Notes: generated by a model from the letters alone, not told the origin. A stretch of DNA of 64,000 nucleotides from Vampirovibrio chlorellavorus (GCA_001858525.1 LAPX01000001.1:161473-225472); one strand, 5' to 3'. Positions 9,620-19,275 are shown, counted from the stretch's first letter. Numbers and translations: made by a program.

Positions 9620-10870
9620 ATGCCTCAAAAGCCCATCTATCATTACCCCGTCCGTCTAGGAGCGGCTTGCGCTATTTCGGTGATGGCCTTGTCCGCAGCC
9701 CCGGCCTTTGCCTATCAACTGGACGCCCCCAATCGAACCCTCAACGTGGCCCCCGGGGCCAGCCCCAATGAGACCACCAACGATCTCAAAGGTGCTTTCA
9801 ACTATCTCGTCAATCGCAGTGACAAAGCCAACCAGTGGACTGTAAAATTCGCTCCCGGCAACTACTATATTGTGAGCCAAATTCCCATTCGAAACCTGGA
9901 AAACACCGTATTACAAGGCGATCCCAATAAACCGGCCAAGCTGATTAAGGACAAAACCTTTAACAGCGCCACCGCCGGAGAGTATTTACTGAATTTTCAA
10001 TTCGGCAAAAAGCTTTCCATGAACGGGCTACAGTTTTACGGACAAACCAGTTTTGCCGCCAGCCTGGCACCGGTGTGGCCGGATCAAGGTGTCTATTTTG
10101 GCTCCTGTAATGGGGTAACCGTGCAAAAAAACAGCTTTTATAACTTTGGCAACGCCGCCCTGCGGGTCACCACCACCGAACGGGATCCGGTGCCCGGGGT
10201 AAACAGCTTTAATACCGTGGTGGCCAATAACCTGTTCAACAACATCTATCAGATTTCCACCACGCCCAACGATGAAATTCATGGCGGCAGCACCAATTAC
10301 GTTTTGCAAAACAACGTGTTCTACAACCTGCGAGGCTCCATTAAATTCGCCTCTCGCACCGCCGGGGCCAAAAACGTGAAGATCCTCAATAATAAGGTCA
10401 ACGGCGGCGATCACTACGCCTTTGAAATTAACAATTACGATGACATGGAAATTCGGGGCAACAGCCTGCAAAACCTCAAGGAATTTGCCATCAACATCTA
10501 CAACAATCCCCGGGCCAGCCAGTCCTTCAATTGGGGCAACAATTTCATCATCGCCGATAACCTGATTAATACGGTGGGCCGGGGGATTCGCTTTAGCACC
10601 GAGCCTTACGCCGATGGCACCCTAGTGACGCCCAGCAACGTCACGTTCACCAACAACAGTCTGGACAAAGTCACTGACACCAGCGGCCTGCCAGCCATCG
10701 CCCAGGTCAACGGCACCATCAAAGGGCTAACCATTACCAGCAATAAATTCAACAACATTACCAACAAAAAATACATTGGCTACAATGCGGCCTCCAGTAA
10801 CGTGACCTACTTTAACAATCAAGCTAACGGACAACCTTACGGACCGCAACAAAGTACGACCAGTAACTAG
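9620..10870 (+). CDS. secreted right-handed parallel beta-helix protein (pectin-lyase-like fold)
   Basis: Signal peptide ending AFA; FAPGNY; repeated Asn-ladder units (IRGNSLQN, IADNLIN, ITSNKFNN). Confidence 0.75.
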   Translation: MPQKPIYHYPVRLGAACAISVMALSAAPAFAYQLDAPNRTLNVAPGASPNETTNDLKGAFNYLVNRSDKANQWTVKFAPGNYYIVSQIPIRNLENTVLQGDPNKPAKLIKDKTFNSATAGEYLLNFQFGKKLSMNGLQFYGQTSFAASLAPVWPDQGVYFGSCNGVTVQKNSFYNFGNAALRVTTTERDPVPGVNSFNTVVANNLFNNIYQISTTPNDEIHGGSTNYVLQNNVFYNLRGSIKFASRTAGAKNVKILNNKVNGGDHYAFEINNYDDMEIRGNSLQNLKEFAINIYNNPRASQSFNWGNNFIIADNLINTVGRGIRFSTEPYADGTLVTPSNVTFTNNSLDKVTDTSGLPAIAQVNGTIKGLTITSNKFNNITNKKYIGYNAASSNVTYFNNQANGQPYGPQQSTTSN

Positions 10871-11068
10871 GCAAAGCGATCTCACAACAACAGGCGGGCT
10901 GAGGAAGCCAGGGTTCCCTTAGCCCGCTTTTGCTGGAAGGCTTTATAAGGCGGCCAGCACCTTCCTCACATGAGCTGGCTATGAAAGAATGAAAGATAAA
11001 GTGCCATCCTGCAAGCCCAGGTTGGTACACTATGTTAAGAAATATAAACATCATTTTCAGCCGCCTCC

Positions 11069-11095
11069 TCAAGTATTGGTTCAGTCTGCCGATAC
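11069..11095 (+). promoter_or_regulatory. sigma28 (FliA/SigD)-type promoter, pilin 1
   Basis: TCAA-N15-GCCGATAC versus consensus TAAA-N15-GCCGATAA. Confidence 0.65.
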
Positions 11096-11161
11096 TGATA
11101 AAGGAAAGGGCTAGCCAAAATGGTACACTCGCGAATTCTCTCCAAGAGAAGGACAGCATGT

Positions 11162-11770
11162 ATGTTCTCCACCCTGCGGCCTCAGCATTACCATCCATTC
11201 GGATTTACCCTGGCCGAATTGTTGATTTCTTTAGCCATTTTGGGAGTGATTGCCACCTTCACCATCCCCAAAATTCTTTCAAGTCAGCAGGATTCCAAAT
11301 ACAGCGCCTCCGCCAAAGAAGTGGTCGCCATGTTTTCCGACGCTTACCAACAAGCAAAGTTTTCCAGTAGTAACGTGGCCAGTATCGCACCTGCCAACTT
11401 GTTTCAATACATGAACTATGTAAAAACTGACACCACCTCTTCTATTGATGGTCTTTACACGCAAGGCGTCTACGGTGTTAATTGCTCTCAAAGACCCTGT
11501 ATTCAGCTGCACAATGGTGGCATTGTGTTGGCCAGTCAATGGAATTTCGGGGGAACCGGCACCACCAACTCCATCAACTTTATTTACGACCCCGATGGAA
11601 AAGTAACCGATGGCACCACCACCGGGCCCGGTAAGTCCGTCATTTTTTACCTCTATGCCAACGGGAGAATCGTAACCAGCGCCAATGTTCTGCCCGGGAC
11701 CACCAATCAATCTGGCGGAACGTATTCGGCAAACGCCAACCTGGACCCGCCCTGGTTCAGCTGGAATTAG
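11162..11770 (+). CDS. type IV prepilin-like protein 1
   Basis: G|FTLAELLISLAILGVIATFTIP class III signal; Cys pair; ends DPPWFSWN; start taken at ATG 11162. Confidence 0.85.
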   Translation: MFSTLRPQHYHPFGFTLAELLISLAILGVIATFTIPKILSSQQDSKYSASAKEVVAMFSDAYQQAKFSSSNVASIAPANLFQYMNYVKTDTTSSIDGLYTQGVYGVNCSQRPCIQLHNGGIVLASQWNFGGTGTTNSINFIYDPDGKVTDGTTTGPGKSVIFYLYANGRIVTSANVLPGTTNQSGGTYSANANLDPPWFSWN

Positions 11771-11800
11771 AATTGATTTTTACAATTCCAAAAATCACCC

Positions 11801-11827
11801 TCAAGTTTTGGGATACCCTGTCGATAA
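11801..11827 (+). promoter_or_regulatory. sigma28-type promoter, pilin 2
   Basis: TCAA-N15-GTCGATAA. Confidence 0.65.
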
Positions 11828-11888
11828 GCGTCGTAGGTCAATTTATAAAGCGCCAAGTTAGTGCAGTCCTTTTCAAGAGGTTTAACCC

Positions 11889-12524
11889 ATGTATGAGCAG
11901 ACAGACAGACAGACAGACAGACAGACACGCCAGCTTAAACAACTTAATCTGAGCTGGCAAGGCTTTACACTCGCTGAACTGCTCATTAGTCTAGCCATTC
12001 TGGGCGTCATCGCTACCTTTACCATTCCTAAAATCCTGAGCGCCAGCCAAAACGAGGCAAATGAGGCGAAAGTAAAAGAAGCCGCAGCAACCCTTTCAGC
12101 AGCGTATCAACAAGCCAAACTAGACGGGGTCATCAATAGCAATACCAAGGGCTCGGATCTCACCCCATACCTGAATTATCTGGCCTGGGATAACAATGGA
12201 ACCACGACTATCGATCACGGGCCTTGGTCCACTTTTCAAACTTGTAATATCACTTTTCCCTGCGTCAAACTCGCGAACGGAGCAACGATCCTGTTTGACG
12301 GGGCGCAATTTGGGGGCACGGCTACCACCAACATGATTGCTTTTTATGTAGACCCGGAACCCGGCTACTCAGGCACCACCAATCCCGTGCGTTCCGTTTC
12401 AATGGTACTTTATTATGATGGCTTTATAACATCCCGCGCATACACCCGAGCGAATAGCTTTACCTCCGCCGGGGGACCTTACGGCCCTGGCAGTTTTGAT
12501 CCACCCTGGTTTACCTGGAACTAG
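11889..12524 (+). CDS. type IV prepilin-like protein 2 (SSR in leader, currently in frame)
   Basis: G|FTLAELLISLAILGVIATFTIP; ends DPPWFTWN; leader QTDRQTDRQT encoded by a CAGA repeat. Confidence 0.85.
   Translation: MYEQTDRQTDRQTRQLKQLNLSWQGFTLAELLISLAILGVIATFTIPKILSASQNEANEAKVKEAAATLSAAYQQAKLDGVINSNTKGSDLTPYLNYLAWDNNGTTTIDHGPWSTFQTCNITFPCVKLANGATILFDGAQFGGTATTNMIAFYVDPEPGYSGTTNPVRSVSMVLYYDGFITSRAYTRANSFTSAGGPYGPGSFDPPWFTWN
11898..11927 (+). repeat. (CAGA)7.5 tetranucleotide simple-sequence repeat
   Basis: 30-nt perfect CAGA run starting at codon 4 of the pilin 2 gene. Confidence 0.95.
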
Positions 12525-12563
12525 GGCAAAAATACACTTTTTACTATGATTTGAGGCGTTTAT

Positions 12564-12590
12564 TAAAGTTTTTGGATGATGGGTCGATAC
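12564..12590 (+). promoter_or_regulatory. sigma28-type promoter, pilin 3
   Basis: TAAA-N15-GTCGATAC. Confidence 0.65.
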
Positions 12591-12629
12591 CAAGAATGTC
12601 TGGAACCTAGCAATCGAGGTCAGTTGGTT

Positions 12630-13297
12630 ATGTTTCTAGCCCCCCCCCCCCCCCCCCCCCCCCCCGAAAACGCCTAAAGTCAGTCCTGGGCTTTACACTC
12701 GCTGAATTGCTGATTTCTCTGGCCATATTAGGGGTGATTGCTACCTTTACCATCCCTAAAATTTTATCCACCCAGCAAAACGCTCAGAACGTTGCCAAGG
12801 CAAAAGAAGCAGCAGCAATGATTTCAGAGGCTTTTCAGAAAGCAAAACTGAATGGTGTTATTACTTCAGCTACCAAACCCTCTGATTTAGCTGCTTACAT
12901 GAATTACGTCAGTCTGGACACTTCTGGCACACTCATGGATCACGTACCAGGCGTTGGTTCCAGGCCTTGTAATAATACATATCCCTGTATAAAACTTCAT
13001 AATGGCGGTATACTAAGTTTTGATGATGGGGCTACCTTTGGCGGCACTTCCAGTTTACATGCAATGTTTATTCTTTTTGATCCAGACGGGATTTACAGTG
13101 GTTCCACCGCGGACGGGCCTTCTAAATCTGTGCAATTTGCTATTTATTACGATGGCTTCTTAACGACCAGGGGGATAGTCAAAACCGGTACTGTTTATAG
13201 CTTGGGATCTCTTTCACCTGCTCCTAGCGAAGATCCATCTTGGTTTAGCTGGCAAGAATCTGGCGTCAGTACCATTGAGCCCGTAAGGCAAGAATAG
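12630..13297 (+). CDS. type IV prepilin-like protein 3, frameshifted in a poly-C tract (phase OFF or assembly error)
   Basis: GAGGT RBS and ATG at 12630; after C26 this frame stops at TAA 12675-12677, while RKRLKSVLG|FTLAELLISL lies in the frame of the 12707 ORF. Confidence 0.75.
12640..12665 (+). repeat. C26 homopolymer tract
   Basis: 26 consecutive C beginning in codon 4 of the pilin 3 gene. Confidence 0.95.
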
Positions 13298-13334
13298 TAC
13301 AATGGCGGCGCAGTGTTAGAGGAGCCAGCCGCGC

Positions 13335-14183
13335 ATGAGCATGACCGAAACCATTCCCGCCGTTTTGCCACTGGAAGACGGGTTTACGGATGTGCTGGGC
13401 AAAGCCCGCAAAGGCCTCAAGCTCTCCACAGAAACGCTGGCGGAACGCACCGGTTTATCCGCTCCTCAGGTGGAAGCCGCTTTTCAAGGCCAGTTGGACG
13501 AATCGACCCTACTCAAACTGGCCTTCACCCTGAATTTGCATGGGCCTTCTTTAATCGCTCTGGCCAAAAACGAATGGCAGCCCAAGCGCTTTCCAGATCT
13601 GGATGGATTGCAGCAGTTCACCACCTGGTACGGGGACATGACCGTCAACGCATACTTGCTGTGGGATACCGCCACCAAAGAAGCAGCCACCTTCGATACC
13701 GGGGCCAACTGTCAGAATATACTGGATTTCATCGAGTGTAACGGACTCTCCCTGAAAAAAATATTCATCACCCACACCCACATGGATCATCTGGCCGATC
13801 TAGAGCGTTTGGCCGGCAAGCATCCCACCGCCGTCTGTTACGGGTCCGCCGTGGATAACCCCTTGGGCCTCAAGCCGCTGATTGAGGGAGATGGGTTGAT
13901 TGTGGGCAATCTGAGCATTCGGGTACTGGGCACTTCTGGGCACACCCCGGGGGGCCTGAGCTACCGGGTTGAGGGACTGAGCCAGCCCGTGGTGGTGGTG
14001 GGCGACGCCCTGTTTGCCAGCTCTATGGGAGGGGCCCCCTACGCCTATCAGGAGGCCCGCAGTAATAACCTGAACAAACTTCTGACCTTGCCGGAGCAGA
14101 CCATTATCTGTCCCGGCCATGGCCCCATGACCACGGTGGGCGAAGAAAAAGCCCACAACCCGTTTTTCCCGGAAACCAAATAG
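13335..14183 (+). CDS. MBL-fold metallo-hydrolase (glyoxalase II-like) with N-terminal HTH-like domain
   Basis: THTHMDH, GHTPG, GDALF, PGHGPMTTVGEE; N-terminal KARKGLKLSTETLAERTGLS helix-turn-helix pattern. Confidence 0.85.
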   Translation: MSMTETIPAVLPLEDGFTDVLGKARKGLKLSTETLAERTGLSAPQVEAAFQGQLDESTLLKLAFTLNLHGPSLIALAKNEWQPKRFPDLDGLQQFTTWYGDMTVNAYLLWDTATKEAATFDTGANCQNILDFIECNGLSLKKIFITHTHMDHLADLERLAGKHPTAVCYGSAVDNPLGLKPLIEGDGLIVGNLSIRVLGTSGHTPGGLSYRVEGLSQPVVVVGDALFASSMGGAPYAYQEARSNNLNKLLTLPEQTIICPGHGPMTTVGEEKAHNPFFPETK

Positions 14184-14230
14184 ACCGGGCAATCAATTTT
14201 TACTATTTTGCAGCAGGGGAGATCACGCTG

Positions 14231-15139
14231 ATGACGCTTCAAAAGATTGGAATCGTTGGGGTGGGCCGCATGGGCTCCAACATGGCCCGACGCCTCAAAG
14301 AGCAAGGCTTTACCATTGCCGCCGTCTACGATGTGCAAACGGCCCTGACCGAGGAAATCGCCCAGGAGCTTTCTGCCACGGCCTGCCAAAGCCTCTCTGA
14401 GGTGACCCGCCTGTCGGACGCCATTATTACCGTGGTGAGCGATGATGCCGCCATGCGCTTTATCTTCCACAATCCCGATGATCATTTGTTGATGAATGCC
14501 ACAGGCAAGTTGTTCATCAACTGCGCTACCATTAGCCCGGAAGTGCATATTGCCTTGCATGCTCAGGCCTCAAAAGTTGGCGCTAAAACTCTGGAATGCC
14601 CCATGGCCTCCAGCATCAGCCAGGCCCGCACCGGCACCTTGTACCTGATGTGCGCAGGCGATGAAACGGTTTACCTGGAAGCCCAACCCCTGCTCAAGGC
14701 CCTGAGCGTCTCCAGTATTTACACGGGTGAACCCGGCACAGCGGCCCAGCTAAAGGCCCTGGTCAACATGGTCATGAACATCAACACCGCAGGCTTGGCG
14801 GAAGGCTTGGGGCTGGCGGATTCTCTGGGACTGGATCTCAATCTGGTGCGCCAAGTCTTTTCGCAAACCGGAGCCAATTCAAGGGTGCTGGAAACCGACG
14901 GCGAAGACATGCAAAATCGGGAGCACGACACTTATTTTTCAGCGGCCCACGCGGCCAAGGACAGCAGCATTGCCCTGTCCCTGGGACAGGCCTATGGCTT
15001 GCATTTGCCCATGGCGGAGGCCGCCAAACAACAGTACGAGCGCATGATTGCGCTGGGCCTGGGAGACTTGGACAAGTCCGGCGTCTCCGAATTAACCTTT
15101 CGGGACCGCTTGCAGGAAAGAACCCAGACCCCGGTTTAG
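14231..15139 (+). CDS. NAD(P)-dependent oxidoreductase, 3-hydroxyisobutyrate dehydrogenase family
   Basis: GIVGVGRMGSNMARRL, catalytic K in LKALVN, AAKD motif. Confidence 0.85.
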   Translation: MTLQKIGIVGVGRMGSNMARRLKEQGFTIAAVYDVQTALTEEIAQELSATACQSLSEVTRLSDAIITVVSDDAAMRFIFHNPDDHLLMNATGKLFINCATISPEVHIALHAQASKVGAKTLECPMASSISQARTGTLYLMCAGDETVYLEAQPLLKALSVSSIYTGEPGTAAQLKALVNMVMNINTAGLAEGLGLADSLGLDLNLVRQVFSQTGANSRVLETDGEDMQNREHDTYFSAAHAAKDSSIALSLGQAYGLHLPMAEAAKQQYERMIALGLGDLDKSGVSELTFRDRLQERTQTPV

Positions 15140-15240
15140 CCAATTAACTTAACTCTAAGCTCATGCAGGGCAAAAAAAGAAATGGACCGGATTTATTATG
15201 TATACTTCCGATTTATTTTGTTCTGGTGACGAGGTTTCTA

Positions 15241-15672
15241 ATGGGCTCCCTGCCAATTCGCCCCCTGCCCAACAACTTACCAACCCCGGTAGCGCCACCC
15301 CCTGCGGTGGCCTATGCCTCCACGCCCGGATCACCCTTGCCAACGGCATCCAGCAGCCTGCCAAGAGCAACAGCAAGACCCATGCCCCGATCCTACACCC
15401 CGGAAATCTCCCCCGCTTTATCCGACTTTATTGATTTCCAAACCATGATGGCCTCCTCTCGCTACCTGCACCTCAAAGAAAAAAAACGAGTGTCTGTAGC
15501 TAAAACATCTTTTTTCTCGGCCATGCTTACAGCTGGACTGACGGCCATTCCGGTGACCGTGTCCGCCATTAACGGGCAAAGTGAAAAAGTGTTCCTCATT
15601 CCCATTCTGGGAACGCTGGCCGCCTTTCACGGAGCCGTGCTAGGCTTGCTGCTGAATCATAATCAGGATTAA
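15241..15672 (+). CDS. hypothetical membrane protein with Pro-rich N terminus
   Basis: GAGG RBS before ATG 15241; two C-terminal hydrophobic helices. Confidence 0.5.
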   Translation: MGSLPIRPLPNNLPTPVAPPPAVAYASTPGSPLPTASSSLPRATARPMPRSYTPEISPALSDFIDFQTMMASSRYLHLKEKKRVSVAKTSFFSAMLTAGLTAIPVTVSAINGQSEKVFLIPILGTLAAFHGAVLGLLLNHNQD

Positions 15673-15717
15673 GCCCCAGCGGGGAAATGCTTTCAAGACA
15701 TCCTGTAATTCCCGCGC

Positions 15718-17898
15718 CTAAGAGACTGTCCGCATGGACAAGGCAATGCGCTTGCGAGGAATGTCCACTTCCACCACGCTGACCTTGACCACATCGCCCG
15801 CTTTCACCACGCTGTGCGGGTCTTTCACATAGCGATCGGCCAGCATGGAAATGTGCACCAAGCCGTCCTGATGCACCCCCACATCCACGAAAGCGCCAAA
15901 GTTGGTCACGTTGGTCACCACGCCTTCCAGCTGCATACCCGGCTTTAAATCGCTCATGGTTTCCACCCCGTCGGCAAAGGTGGCCGTTTGAAAAGCTGGG
16001 CGTGGGTCGCGTCCCGGTTTGTCTAGCTCCGCCAGAATATCCCGCACCGTGGGCAAACCAAACTGATCGTCGGTAAACTCCGTGGGCTTTAAAGTAGATA
16101 AAAAGGCCTTATCCCCAATCACAGCCCGAAGTTCTCGCCCGGATTGCTTCAGGATTTTCTGCACCACTGGATAGGCTTCCGGGTGCACCGCTGAGGCGTC
16201 CAGGGGATTGTCCCCATTGGTGATGCGCAAAAAGCCAGCGGCCTGCTCAAAGGCCTTGGGCCCCAATCGGGGCACTTTTTTTAGGGCCGTCCGGTTGGAA
16301 AAGGCGCCCTGCTGATTGCGATACTCCACAATGGACTGGGCCAAACTGGGAGACAACCCGGCCACATAACGCAGCAAGGCAGGCGATGCCGTATTCACAT
16401 CCACGCCCACGGCGTTCACGCAATCCTGCACCACGGCATCCAGTCCCCGTTCCAACTGGGTTTGATTCACATCGTGCTGGTACTGGCCCACCCCAATGGC
16501 CTTGGGCTCAATTTTCACCAGCTCGGCCAGGGGATCTTGCAAACGACGGGCAATGGACACCGCCCCCCGCAGGGACACGTCCATGTCCGGCAGTTCCTGA
16601 GAGGCCAAAGCGGAGGCTGAATAGACAGAGGCCCCCGCTTCCGAGACCAGGGCCTTGGTAATTTTCAGATCGGGGTGCCGCTTCATTAAGGTGGTCACCA
16701 GCCGATCGGTCTCCCGGGAGCCGGTACCGTTGCCAATGCTAACCAAGGTCACCGCATGCTTTCGAATCAGGGCTACCAACGCATCTATGCTGGCCTGCTC
16801 CTGATTTTGGGGCGGGTGCGGATAAATAACGGACGTTGCCAGCACCTTGCCGGTGGCATCTACCACGGCCACTTTCACCCCGGTACGCAGGCCCGGGTCC
16901 AGCCCCAAGGCCACCTGATGTCCCGCCGGGGCGGCCAGCAACAGATCCCGCAAGTTTCGGGTAAACACCTGAATGGCTTCCGCCTCAGCCCGTTCCCGCA
17001 GCTGGGCCATTAAATCGCTTTCCAAATGGGGCAGTAATTTATCCCCCCAGGCCGCTTGAAAGCAGGCCGCCAGCCAATTGTCAGCAGGCCGGTTTTGAGA
17101 CCGCCAGTTAAAGTGCCGGGTAATGCGCCCCACTAGTTGCTCAGTGGCCCGTTCCACATCCGCTTTTTGGGCAGCGGGCTTTAAAGACACCCGTAAAAAA
17201 CCTTCCTGCTTCCCCCGGAACAAGGCCAAAGCCCGATGCGAGGGAATGGCCCGAATGGGTTCCACGTAATCGAAATAATCGGTAAATTTAGCCGCCTCCG
17301 CCTGCTTGGCTTTCACCACCGTGGAAATCACCACCCCGCTATTCCACAAAAATTCCCGTAAGGCCCCAATTAAAGGCGGGGATTCCGAAAACTGCTCCAC
17401 CAGAATATGAGCCGCCCCTTCCAGGGCCGTTTTCACATCGGGTATGCCCGCTTCCGGGTTCACGAAGGCAGTGGCCGCCGTTTCCGGGGCCTGATTCGGA
17501 TTCTGAAACAACCGCTCCGCCAAGGGGGCCAAGCCCGCCTCTCTGGCCATTTGGGCTTTAGTTCGACGCTTGGGCTTGAAGGGCAGATACAAATCTTCCA
17601 GCTGGGCCTTGGTTTGAGCCGTCTCAAAGGCCTGCTTCAATTCATCGGTCAGCTTGCCCTGTTCCGTCACGCTCTCTAAAATGGCCTCCCGGCGCTTGGA
17701 TAAATCCCGTAAATACTGCAAGCGCTCATCCAAGGTGCGCAGTTGCGTGTCATCCAATCCGCCGGTGGCTTCCTTGCGGTAGCGGGCGATAAAGGGGATG
17801 GTGGCCCCCTCTTGGAGCAAGGCTAAAACGGCACTGACCTGGCGCTCCTGCACCTGTAATTCCTGGGCAATTTGGCGACTAATCAGGACGTCATTCAT
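15718..17898 (-). CDS. tex: Tex family transcription accessory protein (S1 domain)
   Basis: [40 protein letters not shown]-terminal S1 [19 protein letters not shown]. Confidence 0.95.
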   Translation of the reverse strand: MNDVLISRQIAQELQVQERQVSAVLALLQEGATIPFIARYRKEATGGLDDTQLRTLDERLQYLRDLSKRREAILESVTEQGKLTDELKQAFETAQTKAQLEDLYLPFKPKRRTKAQMAREAGLAPLAERLFQNPNQAPETAATAFVNPEAGIPDVKTALEGAAHILVEQFSESPPLIGALREFLWNSGVVISTVVKAKQAEAAKFTDYFDYVEPIRAIPSHRALALFRGKQEGFLRVSLKPAAQKADVERATEQLVGRITRHFNWRSQNRPADNWLAACFQAAWGDKLLPHLESDLMAQLRERAEAEAIQVFTRNLRDLLLAAPAGHQVALGLDPGLRTGVKVAVVDATGKVLATSVIYPHPPQNQEQASIDALVALIRKHAVTLVSIGNGTGSRETDRLVTTLMKRHPDLKITKALVSEAGASVYSASALASQELPDMDVSLRGAVSIARRLQDPLAELVKIEPKAIGVGQYQHDVNQTQLERGLDAVVQDCVNAVGVDVNTASPALLRYVAGLSPSLAQSIVEYRNQQGAFSNRTALKKVPRLGPKAFEQAAGFLRITNGDNPLDASAVHPEAYPVVQKILKQSGRELRAVIGDKAFLSTLKPTEFTDDQFGLPTVRDILAELDKPGRDPRPAFQTATFADGVETMSDLKPGMQLEGVVTNVTNFGAFVDVGVHQDGLVHISMLADRYVKDPHSVVKAGDVVKVSVVEVDIPRKRIALSMRTVS

Positions 17899-18065
17899 GG
17901 AAAAAAGGCCTTCAACACACACACAACGGGAAGCGGTAAAAGACGGGCTTTGACATATTCTGCGACTTTACTGCCGCTTTATTATACACAAAGCGCTGGT
18001 CAAATAAGGTCGCCTCGCCCCATTCAAGACTATACGCACTCTACTGGAAGTGCTTCAATGAGGGC

Positions 18066-18959
18066 ATGAGCAAAACCACAACCATTTACGGGGTGGATTT
18101 CACCAGCGCCCCCAGCCGGAAAAAACCCATTGTAGTGGCCCAATGCGCCTTGCACCACCAAACCCTGACCTTGCGACAACTCTTGAAGATCACCGATTTC
18201 GAGGAATTTGAACAGTTTTTAAGAACCGAAGGCCCCTGGATAGCGGCCATGGATTTCCCGCTGTCCTTGCCCCACAGTTGGTTGCAAGCCATACAGTGGC
18301 CCACGGACTGGGCGGCATCTGTCAGCCACATCCGACAACTCACCCTAAAAGCCTTTTGCCAAACCATCAACGACTACTGCCACCAGCAACCAACCGGGCA
18401 AAAGCATCACTTTCGGCCCATCGATAGACTGGCCGGAGCCTGTAGCCCCATGACCATTTACTACACTCCGGTGGGCAAAATGTTTTATCAGGGGGCCTTT
18501 CGCTTGCTGGAAGCCGGGGTGACCGTGCTGCCTTTTCAACTGAATCAGCTCAGCCAAGTCAATCCGCCCCGCATAGTGGTGGAAGGTTACCCGGCCCTAA
18601 TCGCCCGCCAGCTGTGCCCCAAGCAGGGCTACAAGTATGACAGCCCGCCGGCCAGTGCCGCCCAAAAATCGGCCAAGGACTTTGCCCGTCAGGAGATGAT
18701 CCAGAAACTGTCTGCCCAATGGCTGGAAGAAGACTTTGGTATAACAATCGATCTGAATGGGCACGCTGACACACTGAGGCAAGATGCCACCGGGGATTCT
18801 CTGGACGCTGTGTTTTGCGCCATTCAGGCCGCTTGGGCTTATAGCCAGCGAGAGGCAAACTTTGGCATCCCGCAAACCGAAGAGACCCAAGAGGGGTGGA
18901 TTACTGTGCCGCTTCACTTTCTGAAGCAAAATCAACCAAACCCATTGCGCAAAAATTAG
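18066..18959 (+). CDS. DUF429 family protein (predicted RNase H-like nuclease)
   Basis: YGVDFTSAP, DFPLSLP, VEGYPA, GDSLDAVFCA, EGWI motifs. Confidence 0.75.
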   Translation: MSKTTTIYGVDFTSAPSRKKPIVVAQCALHHQTLTLRQLLKITDFEEFEQFLRTEGPWIAAMDFPLSLPHSWLQAIQWPTDWAASVSHIRQLTLKAFCQTINDYCHQQPTGQKHHFRPIDRLAGACSPMTIYYTPVGKMFYQGAFRLLEAGVTVLPFQLNQLSQVNPPRIVVEGYPALIARQLCPKQGYKYDSPPASAAQKSAKDFARQEMIQKLSAQWLEEDFGITIDLNGHADTLRQDATGDSLDAVFCAIQAAWAYSQREANFGIPQTEETQEGWITVPLHFLKQNQPNPLRKN

Positions 18960-19275
18960 GCAATTTAAGCCAATTTGTTGTTTTTATTAAATCAGCATAT
19001 AAAGCACAGGCCGAGGCGAACCGTATGAGTGCGTGCTTAAAGTAAGTACGGTTCTTATTATGCCCGGCCTGTCTTTTTTATAAGGCCAGCATAAGGTCAG
19101 GCTGCCTTCATCATCTGTTTGTAACTGTATGAGTACAGCGAGTTAAGAAATTCAGGCTGGGCAATTTTGCCAGAAGCAATTCCACGCCTTGTTTAAGCTG
19201 CACGCAGTTTTACAAACCGGTGATGAAGGAAGCCTGACCTTAAATATATTCGAGGCCTTAAAGCCGGGCGTGGCC

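Noticed and set aside
11162..13297. Diversity-generating retroelement acting on the pilin C termini
   Set aside because: No reverse transcriptase or template repeat in the window, and paralog differences are not confined to adenine positions
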